Positions 49,428 to 59,670 of a stretch of 64,000 bases of DNA are shown here, one piece after another. The position numbers were made by a program, and so were the translations under genes. How positions within the stretch are numbered: position 1 is the first letter of the stretch; each line of letters starts with the position of its first letter. Origin of the DNA: an uncultured candidatus Brocadiaceae bacterium (GTDB lineage: Bacteria; Planctomycetota; UBA1135; UBA2386); the NCBI GenBank assembly GCA_964392305.1, contig CAYMPV010000008.1, forward strand, positions 1 to 64,000, given 5' to 3'. The notes beneath the pieces are model-generated. The model ran no database searches and was not told the origin of the DNA. It saw only the letters and a program-made list of their open reading frames with translations.

Positions 49428-50894
49428 ATGCGCTCGTTGTCGATCGGCCTCTCCTTGTTCGTCGCCGCCTGTCACGCACCTGCGCCCGCGGCGGCGCACC
49501 GTCCGCCGAACGTCGTGGTGATCTTCATCGACGACATGGGGTACGCGGACATCGGCCCGTTCGGCGGCAAGGCGCCGACGCCCAACCTCGATCGCATGGC
49601 CGCAGAAGGCCGCCGTTTCACCGACTTCGTGGTCTCGTCTGCGGTCTGCTCGGCGTCGCGAGCTGCGCTGTTGACCGGGTGTTATCACCGCCGCATCGGC
49701 TTCTCCGGTGCGCTCGGCCCCAAAGCCGAGATCGGCATCGCGGCGGGTGAGATGACGCTCGCCGAACTCTGCAAGCAGAAGGGCTACGCGACGGCGTGTT
49801 TCGGCAAGTGGCACCTCGGCCACCACCCCAAGTTCCTGCCGACGCAGCACGGCTTCGACGAGTACTACGGCCTGCCCTACAGCAACGACATGTGGCCGTT
49901 GCATCCCAACTACGCGCACCTGCCGACCGAGGCGCAGCGTCGCAAACAGGGTTATCCGAACCTGCCGCTGATCGAAGGCGATCGCGTCGTCGACGACGAG
50001 GTCACCGGCGAGGACCAGTGCCAGCTGACGACGGCGTACACCGAACGCGCCGTGCGGTTCATCGAACAGCACCGCGAGCAGCCGTTCTTCCTCTACGTGC
50101 CGCACTCGATGGTGCACGTGCCGCTGTTCGTCTCCGAGAAGTTCGCGGGCAAGACGGGCATGGGCCTGTTCGCCGACGTCGTCGCCGAAGTCGACTGGTC
50201 GGTCGGCGAGATCCTCGAGGCGCTGCAGCGGTGCGGCATCGACGACGACACGTTGGTGGTGTTCACGTCGGACAACGGGCCGTGGCTCAGCTACGGCGAC
50301 CACGCCGGCAGCGCCGGGCCGTTCCGCGAGGGCAAGGGCACCGAGTTCGAGGGCGGCATCCGCACGCCGACCATTGCGCGGTGGCCAGGCCGCGTGCCGG
50401 CGGGAACGACCTGTGACGAGTTCGCCGCCACGATCGACCTGCTGCCTACGGTGGCGGCGCTGATCGGCGCCGAACTGCCGGAGCACGAGATCGACGGGTG
50501 CGACATCGGGCCGCTGCTGCTCGGTGCGTCGGGGGCGACCTCGCCGCACACGGTGTTCGGTTGCTGGTACGGCGGCGGCCAGCTGCAGGCGGTTCGCGAC
50601 CGGCAGTGGAAGCTGCACTTCCCGCACGGCTACCAGCGGTTCGTCGCGGGCGGCGCCGGCGGTTCACCCGCGCCCTACGGCAAGGGGGAGATCGGTCTGG
50701 AACTGTTCGACCTGCGCGCCGATCCGGGCGAGACGACCGACGTCGCGGCGCAGCATCCCGATGTGGTCGCCCGCTTGCAGCGTGCCGCGCAGGAGTTGCG
50801 CGAGGAGCTCGGTGACACGTTGACCAAGACGCCGGCCAAGGGGGCGCGTCCGGTCGGTCGGTTGGAGCCCGGGGATGCGCGCCTCGAGTGGTGA
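49428..50894 (+). CDS. secreted Cys-type sulfatase (arylsulfatase family)
   Basis: [20 protein letters not shown], sulfatase signature [17 protein letters not shown]. Signal peptide. Confidence 0.85.
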   Translation: MRSLSIGLSLFVAACHAPAPAAAHRPPNVVVIFIDDMGYADIGPFGGKAPTPNLDRMAAEGRRFTDFVVSSAVCSASRAALLTGCYHRRIGFSGALGPKAEIGIAAGEMTLAELCKQKGYATACFGKWHLGHHPKFLPTQHGFDEYYGLPYSNDMWPLHPNYAHLPTEAQRRKQGYPNLPLIEGDRVVDDEVTGEDQCQLTTAYTERAVRFIEQHREQPFFLYVPHSMVHVPLFVSEKFAGKTGMGLFADVVAEVDWSVGEILEALQRCGIDDDTLVVFTSDNGPWLSYGDHAGSAGPFREGKGTEFEGGIRTPTIARWPGRVPAGTTCDEFAATIDLLPTVAALIGAELPEHEIDGCDIGPLLLGASGATSPHTVFGCWYGGGQLQAVRDRQWKLHFPHGYQRFVAGGAGGSPAPYGKGEIGLELFDLRADPGETTDVAAQHPDVVARLQRAAQELREELGDTLTKTPAKGARPVGRLEPGDARLEW

Positions 50895-51010
50895 GCCACG
50901 GGGAGCGTCGCGACAGCTTTCTTGCACGCGCCTTGGGGCTGCGGGTGTGGACCGGATGCGCCGCGCCATAGGCTTGCTGCCTTCCCCACCCCCTACCCAA
51001 GAGAACCCCA

Positions 51011-52126
51011 ATGAAGCTGTTAGCTCACGCTGCCGTGATGCTGCTCGCTGCCGGGCTCGTCGCGCAGAGCGGCAAGCCTCCGGCCAGCCCAGCCACGGCG
51101 GCCTACGACAAGATCGTCGCCGAATGGAAGGCGACGACCGATGCGTACTCGGCGGCCATCAAGGCGATCACCGCCACCGACGAGTACAAGAAGGCCGTCG
51201 CCGACCGCGACCAGAAGGCCCTCACCGCGCTGCGCAGCGGCGTGTCGACGCCGGATGCCAAGCCGCTGGCCGAGCGGTGCCTGCAGACCGCTGCCCAATT
51301 CGATGGCGACGAGCGCGTGCCGTTCTACGCGTGGGTGCTGCAGAACGGCGGCAAGGAAGCCGCTGCGACGGCTGCCGAGAAGCTGCTCGCCGATCACGTC
51401 AAGAGCCCCAAGCTGCTGAGCGTGGTGGAGAGCGGGTCGATGTTGCTGCGATCGCTCGGCCAGGACGCGGGGCAGGAGTTCCTCGCCAAGATCGCCACCG
51501 AGAACCCCAACGACGAGATCCGCGCCTACGCGCTGTTCTGGCCGGCCTACATGGCCTCGCGCGCCAAGGACATCAGCGCCGAGGCCAAGGAAGCCGCGGC
51601 GGCGAAGATCGCCGAAGCGCGTAAGCTCGCCGATGGCACGTTGCTCGCCGACCGCATCGACGCGCCCAAGTTCATCGAGGAGCGTCTGCAGATCGGCATG
51701 GAAGCGCCGGACATCGTCGGCGAGGACGTCGACGGCGTGCCGTTCAAGCTCTCCGACTACCGCGGCAAAGTGGTGGTCATCGACTTCTGGGGATTCTGGT
51801 GAGGCCCTTGCCGGGCCATGATCCCGCACGAGCGGTCGCTCGTGGAGAAGTTGAAGGACCAACCCTTCGCGCTGATCGGTGTGAACAGCGACAAGGACAA
51901 GAGCTACTACGCGCAGCAGCAGCAGGAGATGGGCGTCTCGTGGCGCTCCTTCTGGTGCGGTGAGAAGGGCACTGGCGGTGCCATTCCGACGAAGTGGGGC
52001 GTCACCGGCTGGCCGACGATCTACATCCTCGACCACAAGGGTGTGATCCGCTTCAAGAACCTGCGCAACGAGAAGATGGAAGAAGCCGTCGTGCAGTTGC
52101 TCGAAGAGATGAAGAACGGCGACTGA
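51011..52126 (+). CDS. periplasmic TlpA/ResA-like thioredoxin-fold protein, candidate selenoprotein (in-frame TGA at 51800-51802 = Sec in a W-U-G-P-C redox motif)
   Basis: ORFs 51011..51802 and 51818..52126 are in the same frame. The translation reads …KVVVIDFWGFW-[TGA]-GPCRAMIPHERS…, the canonical thioredoxin WCGPC site with TGA replacing the first Cys codon. Hairpins sit immediately 3' of the TGA. Signal peptide MKLLAHAAVMLLAAGLVAQ. Confidence 0.6.
51803..51844 (+). promoter_or_regulatory. candidate bacterial SECIS element
   Basis: GGCCC-uugcc-GGGCC starts directly after the UGA. CACGAGC-GGUC-GCUCGUG (7-bp stem, GGU in the apical loop) begins 24 nt after the UGA, within the 16-37 nt window typical of bSECIS. 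Confidence 0.4.
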
Positions 52127-52146
52127 TCGCCTGTTCTGCGGCGGCA

Positions 52147-52176
52147 GCCCGCGAGCCGTGAGGTTCGCGGGCTGCT
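52147..52176 (+). terminator. GC-rich 10-bp-stem hairpin after the selenoprotein stop
   Basis: CAGCCCGCGA-gccgtgaggt-TCGCGGGCTG followed by CTTGCTGT. Weak U-tract. Confidence 0.35.
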
Positions 52177-52432
52177 TGCTGTACGCAGGACTTGCTGTAC
52201 GCAGGATTGTGGTGGAGTCGTGATGGGGGAGCCGGGCCGCTGGCGGATGTGCCGGCGGAGACCCCTTCTCTCCTGGGTTCTGCACCCTGGGTCTCTGCCC
52301 GCCGCCGCTGCGGCGCACTCTCCTCTCCTCGCGCCGGGCGACGGTGTGGCGGGGGCCGGGCGATGTCCTTCGTCCGGCCCCCCTTTCTTTCGAGCTGTAG
52401 AGAAACCCGACGCCCGGTGATGGCCTGCGCGA

Positions 52433-52846
52433 GTGCCGCACGGATGGCCGGTCGTGATGATCTGGCTCGCCTTCGTTTGGATCCTGGTGGCGTCGTTCCT
52501 GGCCGTGAGGGTGGGGCGTCTGCTCTCTCCCGCAGCCGAACCGCAGTCGCCGTTCGCTTCCACCGAGCGTGACGCGTCGGCGGAGTCGCCGGCGCCCGAT
52601 GCGCTCGATCCCGGCCGTCGCACGCTGCTGGATCAGGCGATCGAGACCCTCGACCGGCACGATACGAAGGTCGCCAAGATCGCCCTGCTGAGCTGGATCG
52701 GCGGGTTGTCCGCAGCCGAGATCGGCGCCGTGCTGAACGTCGAGGCTGCCGCGGTCGAGCGAGACCTGCAGACCGCGCGCGAAGTGCTGCGCGGCCTCAC
52801 ACCGGTGCCGCGTGCACGCCAGTGCAGCGGTTGCGCGACGGAGTGA
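52433..52846 (+). CDS. hypothetical TM protein carrying only a sigma-70 region-4-like HTH
   Basis: N-terminal TM helix VVMIWLAFVWILVASFLAV. C-terminus KVAKIALLSWIGGLSAAEIGAVLNVEAAAVERDLQTAREVL resembles ECF sigma region 4. Could be a fragment or a novel membrane regulator. Confidence 0.35.
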   Translation: MPHGWPVVMIWLAFVWILVASFLAVRVGRLLSPAAEPQSPFASTERDASAESPAPDALDPGRRTLLDQAIETLDRHDTKVAKIALLSWIGGLSAAEIGAVLNVEAAAVERDLQTAREVLRGLTPVPRARQCSGCATE

Positions 52847-52975
52847 CCGATGGCGCCCGGGATCTCGGGCGCGCGGTGATGGGGACGGGGCGCGGCTGGC
52901 GGATGGCAGTTGGACCGGGTTCGGCAGTGCCGAAGCGCCCGGTCGCGACTTCCGCCCGACCCCACGAGGTGACCC

Positions 52976-53755
52976 ATGGCATCGGCCACGATCCAACGTT
53001 CGTCAGACCAGGAACTGCAGAGCCGCCTGTATCAGCTGCATGAGCTGACCGGCGACGTGACCCTGCTGCGCCTTGCGCAGCAGTTGCCGCCGTTCGCCGG
53101 CGCGAACATGGCCAGCGCCGAAGAACGCCGCGACTGGGTCGACACGTGCCTGATGAACGCGTTCCGCAACGGCCGCGACTCCGAGGTGTTCGCGCTGCTG
53201 TTCGAACGCAACCGCGGCGAGTTCCTGTCCTGGATCAAACGGCACATCCGCCATCAGCCGCGCCTGGACGCCAACGACGTGCTGCAGCAGGTGTTCCTGA
53301 ACATCTGCCGCTATCCGGACCGGTTCGTCGCCGATCGCGCCGGCGCCTTCCGCATCTGGGGGCAGCGCATCGTGCGCAACACCGTGATCGGACTGGTCGA
53401 AGCCACCAGGCGTCAGCCGCGGTCGCTGCTGCACGACGACGACCTCGTGGAGGATCCCGTGGATCGGCACAACCCGTCGCCGGACGTCGCGGCGCTGCAG
53501 CACGAGGCTGCGGCCGTCGTCGATCATGCCTACCTGCTGTTCCTCGGCCTCTACCTGCGCCACTTCGAACAGCTGTCCGCCAGGGAGCAGCGGGCGTTGA
53601 CCATGGTCGAGGTCGAACAGCGCAGTTACCGCGAGGTCGCCGAACAGCTGGGGATGAGTCTGGCCAACGTCAAGATGATGATCTTCCGCGCCCGGCGACG
53701 CATCACCAACGGCGCAACGCTGTCGCTGCAGCTGTTGGGTGCAGACATGGCTTGA
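52976..53755 (+). CDS. ECF-type RNA polymerase sigma factor
   Basis: Region 2 (…DVLQQVFLNICRYPDRF…) and region 4 (…LSAREQRALTMVEVEQRSYREVAEQLGMSLANVKMMIFRARRR…). Confidence 0.75.
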   Translation: MASATIQRSSDQELQSRLYQLHELTGDVTLLRLAQQLPPFAGANMASAEERRDWVDTCLMNAFRNGRDSEVFALLFERNRGEFLSWIKRHIRHQPRLDANDVLQQVFLNICRYPDRFVADRAGAFRIWGQRIVRNTVIGLVEATRRQPRSLLHDDDLVEDPVDRHNPSPDVAALQHEAAAVVDHAYLLFLGLYLRHFEQLSAREQRALTMVEVEQRSYREVAEQLGMSLANVKMMIFRARRRITNGATLSLQLLGADMA

Positions 53756-54059
53756 TGCGGCAGTCTGCAGGGATGCAGTGCCGCGGGCTCGTGTTCGGCG
53801 GCTTGGTGCGCAGCGTGCGCCTGCCGAGCGCACCGTCGCGTGTCGCTCGAGCGCACCGTCGCGCCGTTTGCCGCGGGAGGCTGCCCCCATTGCGTGGCCA
53901 CACCGGGCTGCTGAGCGTACTGCTCGAATACGTAAGCGGCCCTCAACTGTGAGGCAAAGCCACCAACCCCTTCGCGGTAGCGAGGGGGTGTCTCTGGCCG
54001 GTCCGGTGGTGCCGGCGCTCGTTTCCGTTCTGCCTGCTCGCAGGCCCCATGGAGATGCC

Positions 54060-54488
54060 ATGACCCCGACACGGAAGCCTGCCAAGGCGAAAGATCAGAT
54101 CCTCGACGACCACCGCCAGATCGGCGCCCTGTTGTCGCAAATCCCCAGTTCCGGCAGCGCGGCGCGGACCGTCGACCTGCTGCAGACCCTGGTGCCGTTG
54201 CTGCGGCGTCACTTCCAGGAAGAGGAGGCGGAGATCAGCGGCCTGCACGCGGTGATCCAGCGGCGCACGCCACACCTCGTCTACGCGTTGCAGGACCTCA
54301 AGCGGGACCACACCGAGCTACTGCAGATCGCGCAGGAGCTGTTGGCACTGGCTGGCTCCGCCGACGTCGACGAGGCGCAGCTGCGGCGGCGTGGCCGTGA
54401 GCTCAAGGACGGCATCGCCGTGCACGAGACCAAGGAGACCGAGCTGTTCGTGGACTCGATCTGGACCGACCTGGGGGAGTGTGACTGA
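54060..54488 (+). CDS. hemerythrin-like (HHE cation-binding) domain protein
   Basis: …DHRQIGALL…LRRHFQEEE…HETKETELF… spacing of hemerythrin His/Glu ligands. Confidence 0.6.
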   Translation: MTPTRKPAKAKDQILDDHRQIGALLSQIPSSGSAARTVDLLQTLVPLLRRHFQEEEAEISGLHAVIQRRTPHLVYALQDLKRDHTELLQIAQELLALAGSADVDEAQLRRRGRELKDGIAVHETKETELFVDSIWTDLGECD

Positions 54489-56395
54489 TGACCAGCACGA
54501 CCCAAGGCGCTGGCGCGACGGCTGCCCGAACGAGCAAGGCGCAGGCGCATCGTGTGCGTGAGCACATCGTCGAGATCGTCAGCGATTCGGGTGAGGGCGC
54601 GCAGAAGGCCGGGCAGACCTATGGCGCGGTCAGCGCCAAGATGGGCAACGGCGTCTGGACGGTGGAGATCATCCCCGCGGAGATCAAGCCGCCGGCGCGC
54701 TCGAGGGCCGGCGCCAGCGGCATCCGTGTGCGCGTCGGTGTGGAGAAGGTCACCAACACCGGTGATCAGGCCGATCTCGTCGTCGCGCTCAACGAGCAGG
54801 TGCTCTACGGGCGCATCGAGCAGAAGGCCTACAAGCCGGGCACGATCGTGCTGCTCGAGAGCAAGTGGGCAAAGGACCCTCGCGAAGAGGTGCGACGCGA
54901 CTACGCCGCTGCGCTGCTCGAGTTCCGCGCGCTGGGCCTCGACGTGCGTGAGGTCGCGCTCGAGGAGGCCTGCCAGCAAGTCGCCCAGGACGTGCGGGTC
55001 GGCAAGAACATGTTCGTGCTCGGCCTGCTCTGTTACATCACCTGTCGCGACCTCGATCGCGCCATGGAAGAGGTTGCGTTCGTGTTCGCCAAGAAGGGCG
55101 CGCAGGTGATCGCGCGCAACCAGGACCTGGTGCGTGCCGGTCACGCGTTCGGCGCGCAGGTCCTGGAGCAGCGCTACGAGATCCCGCCGCGCGAAGTGAC
55201 GCGGCGGATGATGGTGCTGAACGGCAATCAGGCGATCGCGCTCGGCGTGATGGCCGCCGGCATCGAGATGGTGGCGATGTATCCGATCACGCCGGCGACT
55301 TCGGTGTCGCACCATCTGGCCAGCGCCTTCCGCGGCGTCGGCGGCGTGGTGCACCAGGCCGAGGACGAGATCGCTGCGATCGGCTTCGCGATCGGCGCGT
55401 CGTACGCGGGCAAGACCGCGTGCACGGTGACTTCCGGGCCCGGCCTCGCGCTGAAGACCGAGTTCCTCGGGCTGGCGGTGATGGCCGAGGTGCCACTCGT
55501 GTTCGTGCTGGTGCAGCGCGGCGGTCCGAGTACGGGCCTGCCCACCAAGGTCGAGCAAGGTGACCTGTTAGCGGCGCTCTACGGCCAACCAGGCGATACG
55601 CCGAAGATCGTGATCGCCCCGGCGACGATCGAGGAGTGTCTGCACTTCGTGGTCACCGCACGCAAGCTCGCCGAGGCGTTCCGCATGCCGGTGATGCTGC
55701 TGACCGACGCCAATCTGGCCACCGGTGTGCAGCCGATTCCGCGGCCCGAGGTGTCGGCCGACTGGCTGTCCCCACCGCTGGATCAGGCGCCGTGGCAGCG
55801 CGATGTCACCGCCTACGACTGGGACCCGGACACCGGCCTGTCGCCGCGGCCGATCCCTGGCCAGAAGGGCGGGGAGTACGTGCTCACCGGGCTGGCGCAC
55901 ACCAAGAACGCCAAGGTCGCCTATGACCCCGATTCCAACCAGACCGGCTGTGCGATGCGCAGCCGCAAGCTGGCGGTGTTCGGCGAATCGCTGCGGCCGC
56001 CGCAGGTGCACGGCGATCCCGACGGCGACCTGCTGGTCGTCGGCTGGGGTTCGACGCTCGGCTCGATCGAAGAGGCCGTCGACCGCGCGCGCGCCGAAGG
56101 GCACCGCGTCTCCTCGCTGCACCTGCGCTTCCTGTCGCCGCTCGAGCCGGGCCTGGCGGCGATCTTCAAGCGCTTCCGCCGGGTGGTCACCGTGGAGATC
56201 AACTACAGCGACGCGTCCGGCGCGCCACACGTGACCGCCGACAACCGCCGCATCGCGCAGCTCGCGCAGCTGCTGCGCACCCACACGCTGATGGACATCG
56301 ACTGCTGGTCCAACGTGGCCGGTCAGCCGATCCAACCGGGGGCGATCCACACCGAGGTCTTGCGCCGATTGCAGGCGCTGCGAGGAGAATCGTGA
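54488..56395 (+). CDS. korA: 2-oxoacid:ferredoxin oxidoreductase, fused gamma/alpha subunit
   Basis: N-terminal gamma-like domain then the alpha Pyr domain (…GNQAIALGVMAAGIEMVAMYPITPATSVSH…EDEIAAIGFAIGASYAGKTACTVTSGPGLALKTEFLGLAVMAEVPLVFV…). ATGA overlap with the preceding gene. Confidence 0.85.
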   Translation: MTSTTQGAGATAARTSKAQAHRVREHIVEIVSDSGEGAQKAGQTYGAVSAKMGNGVWTVEIIPAEIKPPARSRAGASGIRVRVGVEKVTNTGDQADLVVALNEQVLYGRIEQKAYKPGTIVLLESKWAKDPREEVRRDYAAALLEFRALGLDVREVALEEACQQVAQDVRVGKNMFVLGLLCYITCRDLDRAMEEVAFVFAKKGAQVIARNQDLVRAGHAFGAQVLEQRYEIPPREVTRRMMVLNGNQAIALGVMAAGIEMVAMYPITPATSVSHHLASAFRGVGGVVHQAEDEIAAIGFAIGASYAGKTACTVTSGPGLALKTEFLGLAVMAEVPLVFVLVQRGGPSTGLPTKVEQGDLLAALYGQPGDTPKIVIAPATIEECLHFVVTARKLAEAFRMPVMLLTDANLATGVQPIPRPEVSADWLSPPLDQAPWQRDVTAYDWDPDTGLSPRPIPGQKGGEYVLTGLAHTKNAKVAYDPDSNQTGCAMRSRKLAVFGESLRPPQVHGDPDGDLLVVGWGSTLGSIEEAVDRARAEGHRVSSLHLRFLSPLEPGLAAIFKRFRRVVTVEINYSDASGAPHVTADNRRIAQLAQLLRTHTLMDIDCWSNVAGQPIQPGAIHTEVLRRLQALRGES

Positions 56396-57348
56396 TGTTC
56401 GGACTCAAGGACGACTGGGAACTGGAAGTGCCCGAGCGCTACTTCACCCTCGAGGACTACGAGGGGGGCACCGCACGCTGGTGTCCTGGCTGCGGTGACC
56501 TGGCCGTGCTCACGTCCGTGCAGCGCATCTGCCGCGACGAGCAACTGCCGCCCGAGCAGACCGTGTGTGTGTCGGGCATCGGCTGCAGCAGCCGCTTCCC
56601 GCACTACATGAAGACCTACGGCTTCCACGGCCTGCACGGCCGCGCGCTGCCGGTGGCCTGCGGCGTCAAGTCGCGTCGGCCCGATCTCACCGTGTGGGTC
56701 GCCACCGGCGATGGTGACTGCTGCTCGATCGGCGCGGGGCACTGGGTGCACGCCATCCGCTACAACATGGACATGGTGGTGATGTTGTTCGACAACGCCA
56801 TCTACGGGCTGACCAAGAACCAGACGTCGCCGACCAGCCCGCAGGGGCTGCACACCAACACCCACCCGCGCGGCGCCTGGTTGCCGCCGCTCAATCCGAC
56901 GGCGGCGACGCTCGGCTTCGCCAACGTCTCGTTCGTGGCGCAGACCGTCGATTGGAACCCTGCGCACCTCTACGCGACGCTCAAGTGCGCCTACCAGCAC
57001 AAGGGGCTCAGCTTCGTGCGCATCATGCAGCGTTGCCCGACCTACACCCCGCAGGTGTTCGCGGAGATGCAGAAGGACCCGTCGCAGCTGCTGCTGCTCA
57101 CGGGTGGTGACAACCCCCAACTGGACGCTGCCACGACGCGCACCTTCCCCAACCAGCTGGCGCACGACAGCCGCGACCTCGCTGCCGCGCGCGCGGTCGC
57201 CGAGCAGCACGAGCCCCTGCCGATCGGCGTGCTCTATCGCGATCCCGATCGGCCGCGCTACGAGGACTTCACCACGGTGGGGCTGGGCATGTCCGACGGC
57301 GACAAGTTGGCCGGACTCGAACGCGAACTCGACAAGTTCTCGGTGTGA
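56392..57348 (+). CDS. korB: 2-oxoacid:ferredoxin oxidoreductase beta subunit (TPP-binding)
   Basis: WCPGCGDLAV…GIGCSSRFP…intact GDGD…N TPP motif (VATGDGDCCSIGAGHWVHAIRYNMDMVVMLFDNAIYGLTKNQ). Start overlaps the korA stop. Confidence 0.85.
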   Translation: MMFGLKDDWELEVPERYFTLEDYEGGTARWCPGCGDLAVLTSVQRICRDEQLPPEQTVCVSGIGCSSRFPHYMKTYGFHGLHGRALPVACGVKSRRPDLTVWVATGDGDCCSIGAGHWVHAIRYNMDMVVMLFDNAIYGLTKNQTSPTSPQGLHTNTHPRGAWLPPLNPTAATLGFANVSFVAQTVDWNPAHLYATLKCAYQHKGLSFVRIMQRCPTYTPQVFAEMQKDPSQLLLLTGGDNPQLDAATTRTFPNQLAHDSRDLAAARAVAEQHEPLPIGVLYRDPDRPRYEDFTTVGLGMSDGDKLAGLERELDKFSV

Positions 57349-59663
57349 CCACGATGACGCGGACCGAACCTTCGAACGCCGGCGCGCTTCGCGAACTGCG
57401 GCGCTGGCACCTGGGCGGCGGCACTGCGGCGCCGTTGCCTGCGGACGCCGTGCCGCTGCTGCTGGCGCCGTTCCGCGATCCGGCGCGGGTGCGCCACGAC
57501 TATCCACTGGTGTTGCGTCGGGTGGACGGCGCTCTCGAGGCGCGGCCGCTCGGTGATCTCCTGCCCGAGTGGTTGGCCGGCGCGAAGACCCAGGCGCGGG
57601 TGCTCGTCGACAACAGCCACCGGCTGGAGCGGCGGGTGCGGCTACAGGTCGCGCACGAACCCGACCGCGACGCGCGGGAGCTGCTGCGTGAGGCCGGCGC
57701 GCAGATGCTGGCGGAAATGCAGCTGCACAGTGAAGTCGAGTCGGCCGTGCGCGCCGACTACGACGCAATCTGCGCCGAGCTGCCCGACTTCGAGCTGTTG
57801 CCGCTGCGTAGCGAGACCGCGCTGGGTTTGCTGCAGACCGCGATCTCACAGCGCGTGGGCTCGGCCCGCGCGCAGTTCGCGGCGCACGTCCGCGATCTGG
57901 TCGGGGCGCTGCAGGCGCTGCTGCAGATCGAGGCGCAGAAGGACCCCGCCGCGCACTCCGCGCAGGCGGTCGGACGCAGTCTCGGCGGCGCCGCGGTGCA
58001 GTTCTTCGACGCCGGCGCGCTGGCGCGCACCGTCGGCCCACACCGCGGCACGGTGCGCGTCGATCCGGCCCGCCGGGCTCGCGTGCAGCAGGCGTTGACG
58101 ACGCTCGAGAGCCACCTCGTGGCCTCGCACGCGCCCGAGTGCGTGGTCGTTGCAAGCGATGCGGCCATCCGCTTCGACGGTCTCGCCGCGGACCTGCTGG
58201 CGACGGTGCGCGCCGCGCGGCTCGCCGAGCTCGAACGTCGCGGCGCCTACGACCCCGAGCGACACGACGCGCTGCTCGCCGCACTGGGCTGGCAAGAACT
58301 CACCCCCGAGGAACTGGCGATCCTGCCGGTTGTGGTGATGCAGACTTCGGTCACCGAGCTCGCCAACCACGGCCTGCAGTCACTGATGCAGCTGCTGGTG
58401 TCGGGGCGCCCCGTACAAGTGCTCGTCGAGGAGTCGCCGGGTCGCGATCCGATGTCGATGGACGGGGCGCCGCGTGTGCGGCTCGAACTGGGTTATCTCG
58501 GTATCGCCTGCCGCGAGGCGTTCGTCCAGCAGTCGACCGCGGCGCGGCCAGCACATCTGCTGCGCGGCTTCGAGCGCGCCTTGTGCGGCATGCGCACGGG
58601 TCTGCACCTGGTCGACCCGGGCCTCGACGCGATGCATCGCGAACCGCCGCTGGGTTCGTTCCTGCACGCGGGCGCGGCGATCGAAGGTCGCGCGCAGCCG
58701 CTGTTCCAATACGACCCGGCGGGCGGCGAGACCTGGGCACGCCGTCTCGACTTCGCCGGCAATCCGGCGCCCGACGCGGATTGGCCGGGCGTCGATGGAG
58801 GCAGCGCGGCCGGCGGGACCCAGGTGTTCACCTTCGCCGACTACTCGCTGCTCGAGCCGCACCTTCGCGACGCATTCGCCTTGGTGCCCGCAGAACTGGA
58901 CAGCACCGATCTCGCGCCGATCGCGGCGTTCTTGCAGCTCGACGACGACGCGGCCCGGCGCAGCATCCCGTTCGTCGTGTTCGTCACCGGCGACGGCACG
59001 CAGGGGCGCGCTGCCGTGCGCCGCTGGCTGGTGCACGCCTGCCGCGACCGGCTGCGTTACTGGCGCACGCTGCAGGAGCTGGCCGGGGTGCGCAACGAAC
59101 ACGTTCGTGAGGCCGTGCAGTTGGCGCGCCGCGAAGCCGCCGAGCAGGCCACGCGCGAGCGCGCGGCGCTGGCGCAGGCGCACGCCACAGAGCTGGCCGC
59201 GGTGCGTGAGCAGGCGACGGCGACGGCGATGCAGGGGCTCGCGCGCATGTTGCTGGAGATCGACCCGCTCGGCGAGGCCGTTGCTGCGGCGCCAGTCGTC
59301 TTGCCACGCGCGGCGACGTCGGCCGCGCCTGTTGCCGCGGCCGCGACCGCACCAACGACGGTTCTCGTGCCCGCCGCAGCGGCGGTGCCGGCCGCCGTGG
59401 ACGAAGACGACTTCGACGAACCCTGGATCGACTCGCCGCGCTGCTCGACCTGCAACGACTGCGTCAACCTCAACTCCCTGATGTTCGTCTACGACGCGAA
59501 CAAGCAGGCGCGCATCGCCGACCCGCGGGCCGGCACCTACGCGCAGCTGGTGCAAGCGGCCGAGAAGTGCCCGTCCCGCTGCATCCACCCCGGCAAGCCG
59601 CTGAACCCCGACGAGCCCGACCTGCAGGCGCTCGTCGCGCGCGCGGCGCCATTCAACACCTGA
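57345..59663 (+). CDS. hypothetical 772-aa protein with a PFOR C-terminal-like module and an atypical Cx2Cx2C…CP Fe-S motif
   Basis: …FVVFVTGDGTQG… TPP-loop remnant. LFQYDPAGGETWARRLDFAGNPAPD resembles the PFOR domain-VI end (LF-YDPR…NP). C-terminal CSTCNDCVNLN…EKCPSRCIHPG. C-terminal region is paralogous to the 1287-aa protein (WRTLQELAGVR…AHATELAAVR). Confidence 0.55.
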   Translation: MTTMTRTEPSNAGALRELRRWHLGGGTAAPLPADAVPLLLAPFRDPARVRHDYPLVLRRVDGALEARPLGDLLPEWLAGAKTQARVLVDNSHRLERRVRLQVAHEPDRDARELLREAGAQMLAEMQLHSEVESAVRADYDAICAELPDFELLPLRSETALGLLQTAISQRVGSARAQFAAHVRDLVGALQALLQIEAQKDPAAHSAQAVGRSLGGAAVQFFDAGALARTVGPHRGTVRVDPARRARVQQALTTLESHLVASHAPECVVVASDAAIRFDGLAADLLATVRAARLAELERRGAYDPERHDALLAALGWQELTPEELAILPVVVMQTSVTELANHGLQSLMQLLVSGRPVQVLVEESPGRDPMSMDGAPRVRLELGYLGIACREAFVQQSTAARPAHLLRGFERALCGMRTGLHLVDPGLDAMHREPPLGSFLHAGAAIEGRAQPLFQYDPAGGETWARRLDFAGNPAPDADWPGVDGGSAAGGTQVFTFADYSLLEPHLRDAFALVPAELDSTDLAPIAAFLQLDDDAARRSIPFVVFVTGDGTQGRAAVRRWLVHACRDRLRYWRTLQELAGVRNEHVREAVQLARREAAEQATRERAALAQAHATELAAVREQATATAMQGLARMLLEIDPLGEAVAAAPVVLPRAATSAAPVAAAATAPTTVLVPAAAAVPAAVDEDDFDEPWIDSPRCSTCNDCVNLNSLMFVYDANKQARIADPRAGTYAQLVQAAEKCPSRCIHPGKPLNPDEPDLQALVARAAPFNT

Positions 59664-59670
59664 GGCGGCG

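Noticed and set aside
49428-50894. Sulfatase as functionally linked to the neighbouring selenoprotein
   Set aside because: No evidence beyond adjacency. The two are separated by 116 bp, and a Cys-type sulfatase needs FGE, not a thioredoxin.
51800-51802. Interpreting the TGA as a simple pseudogene-forming nonsense mutation
   Set aside because: It falls precisely on the catalytic Cys codon of a WCGPC motif. Both flanks keep frame and conservation, and a bSECIS-like hairpin follows. A Sec codon is the more parsimonious reading, though a pseudogene remains the alternative.
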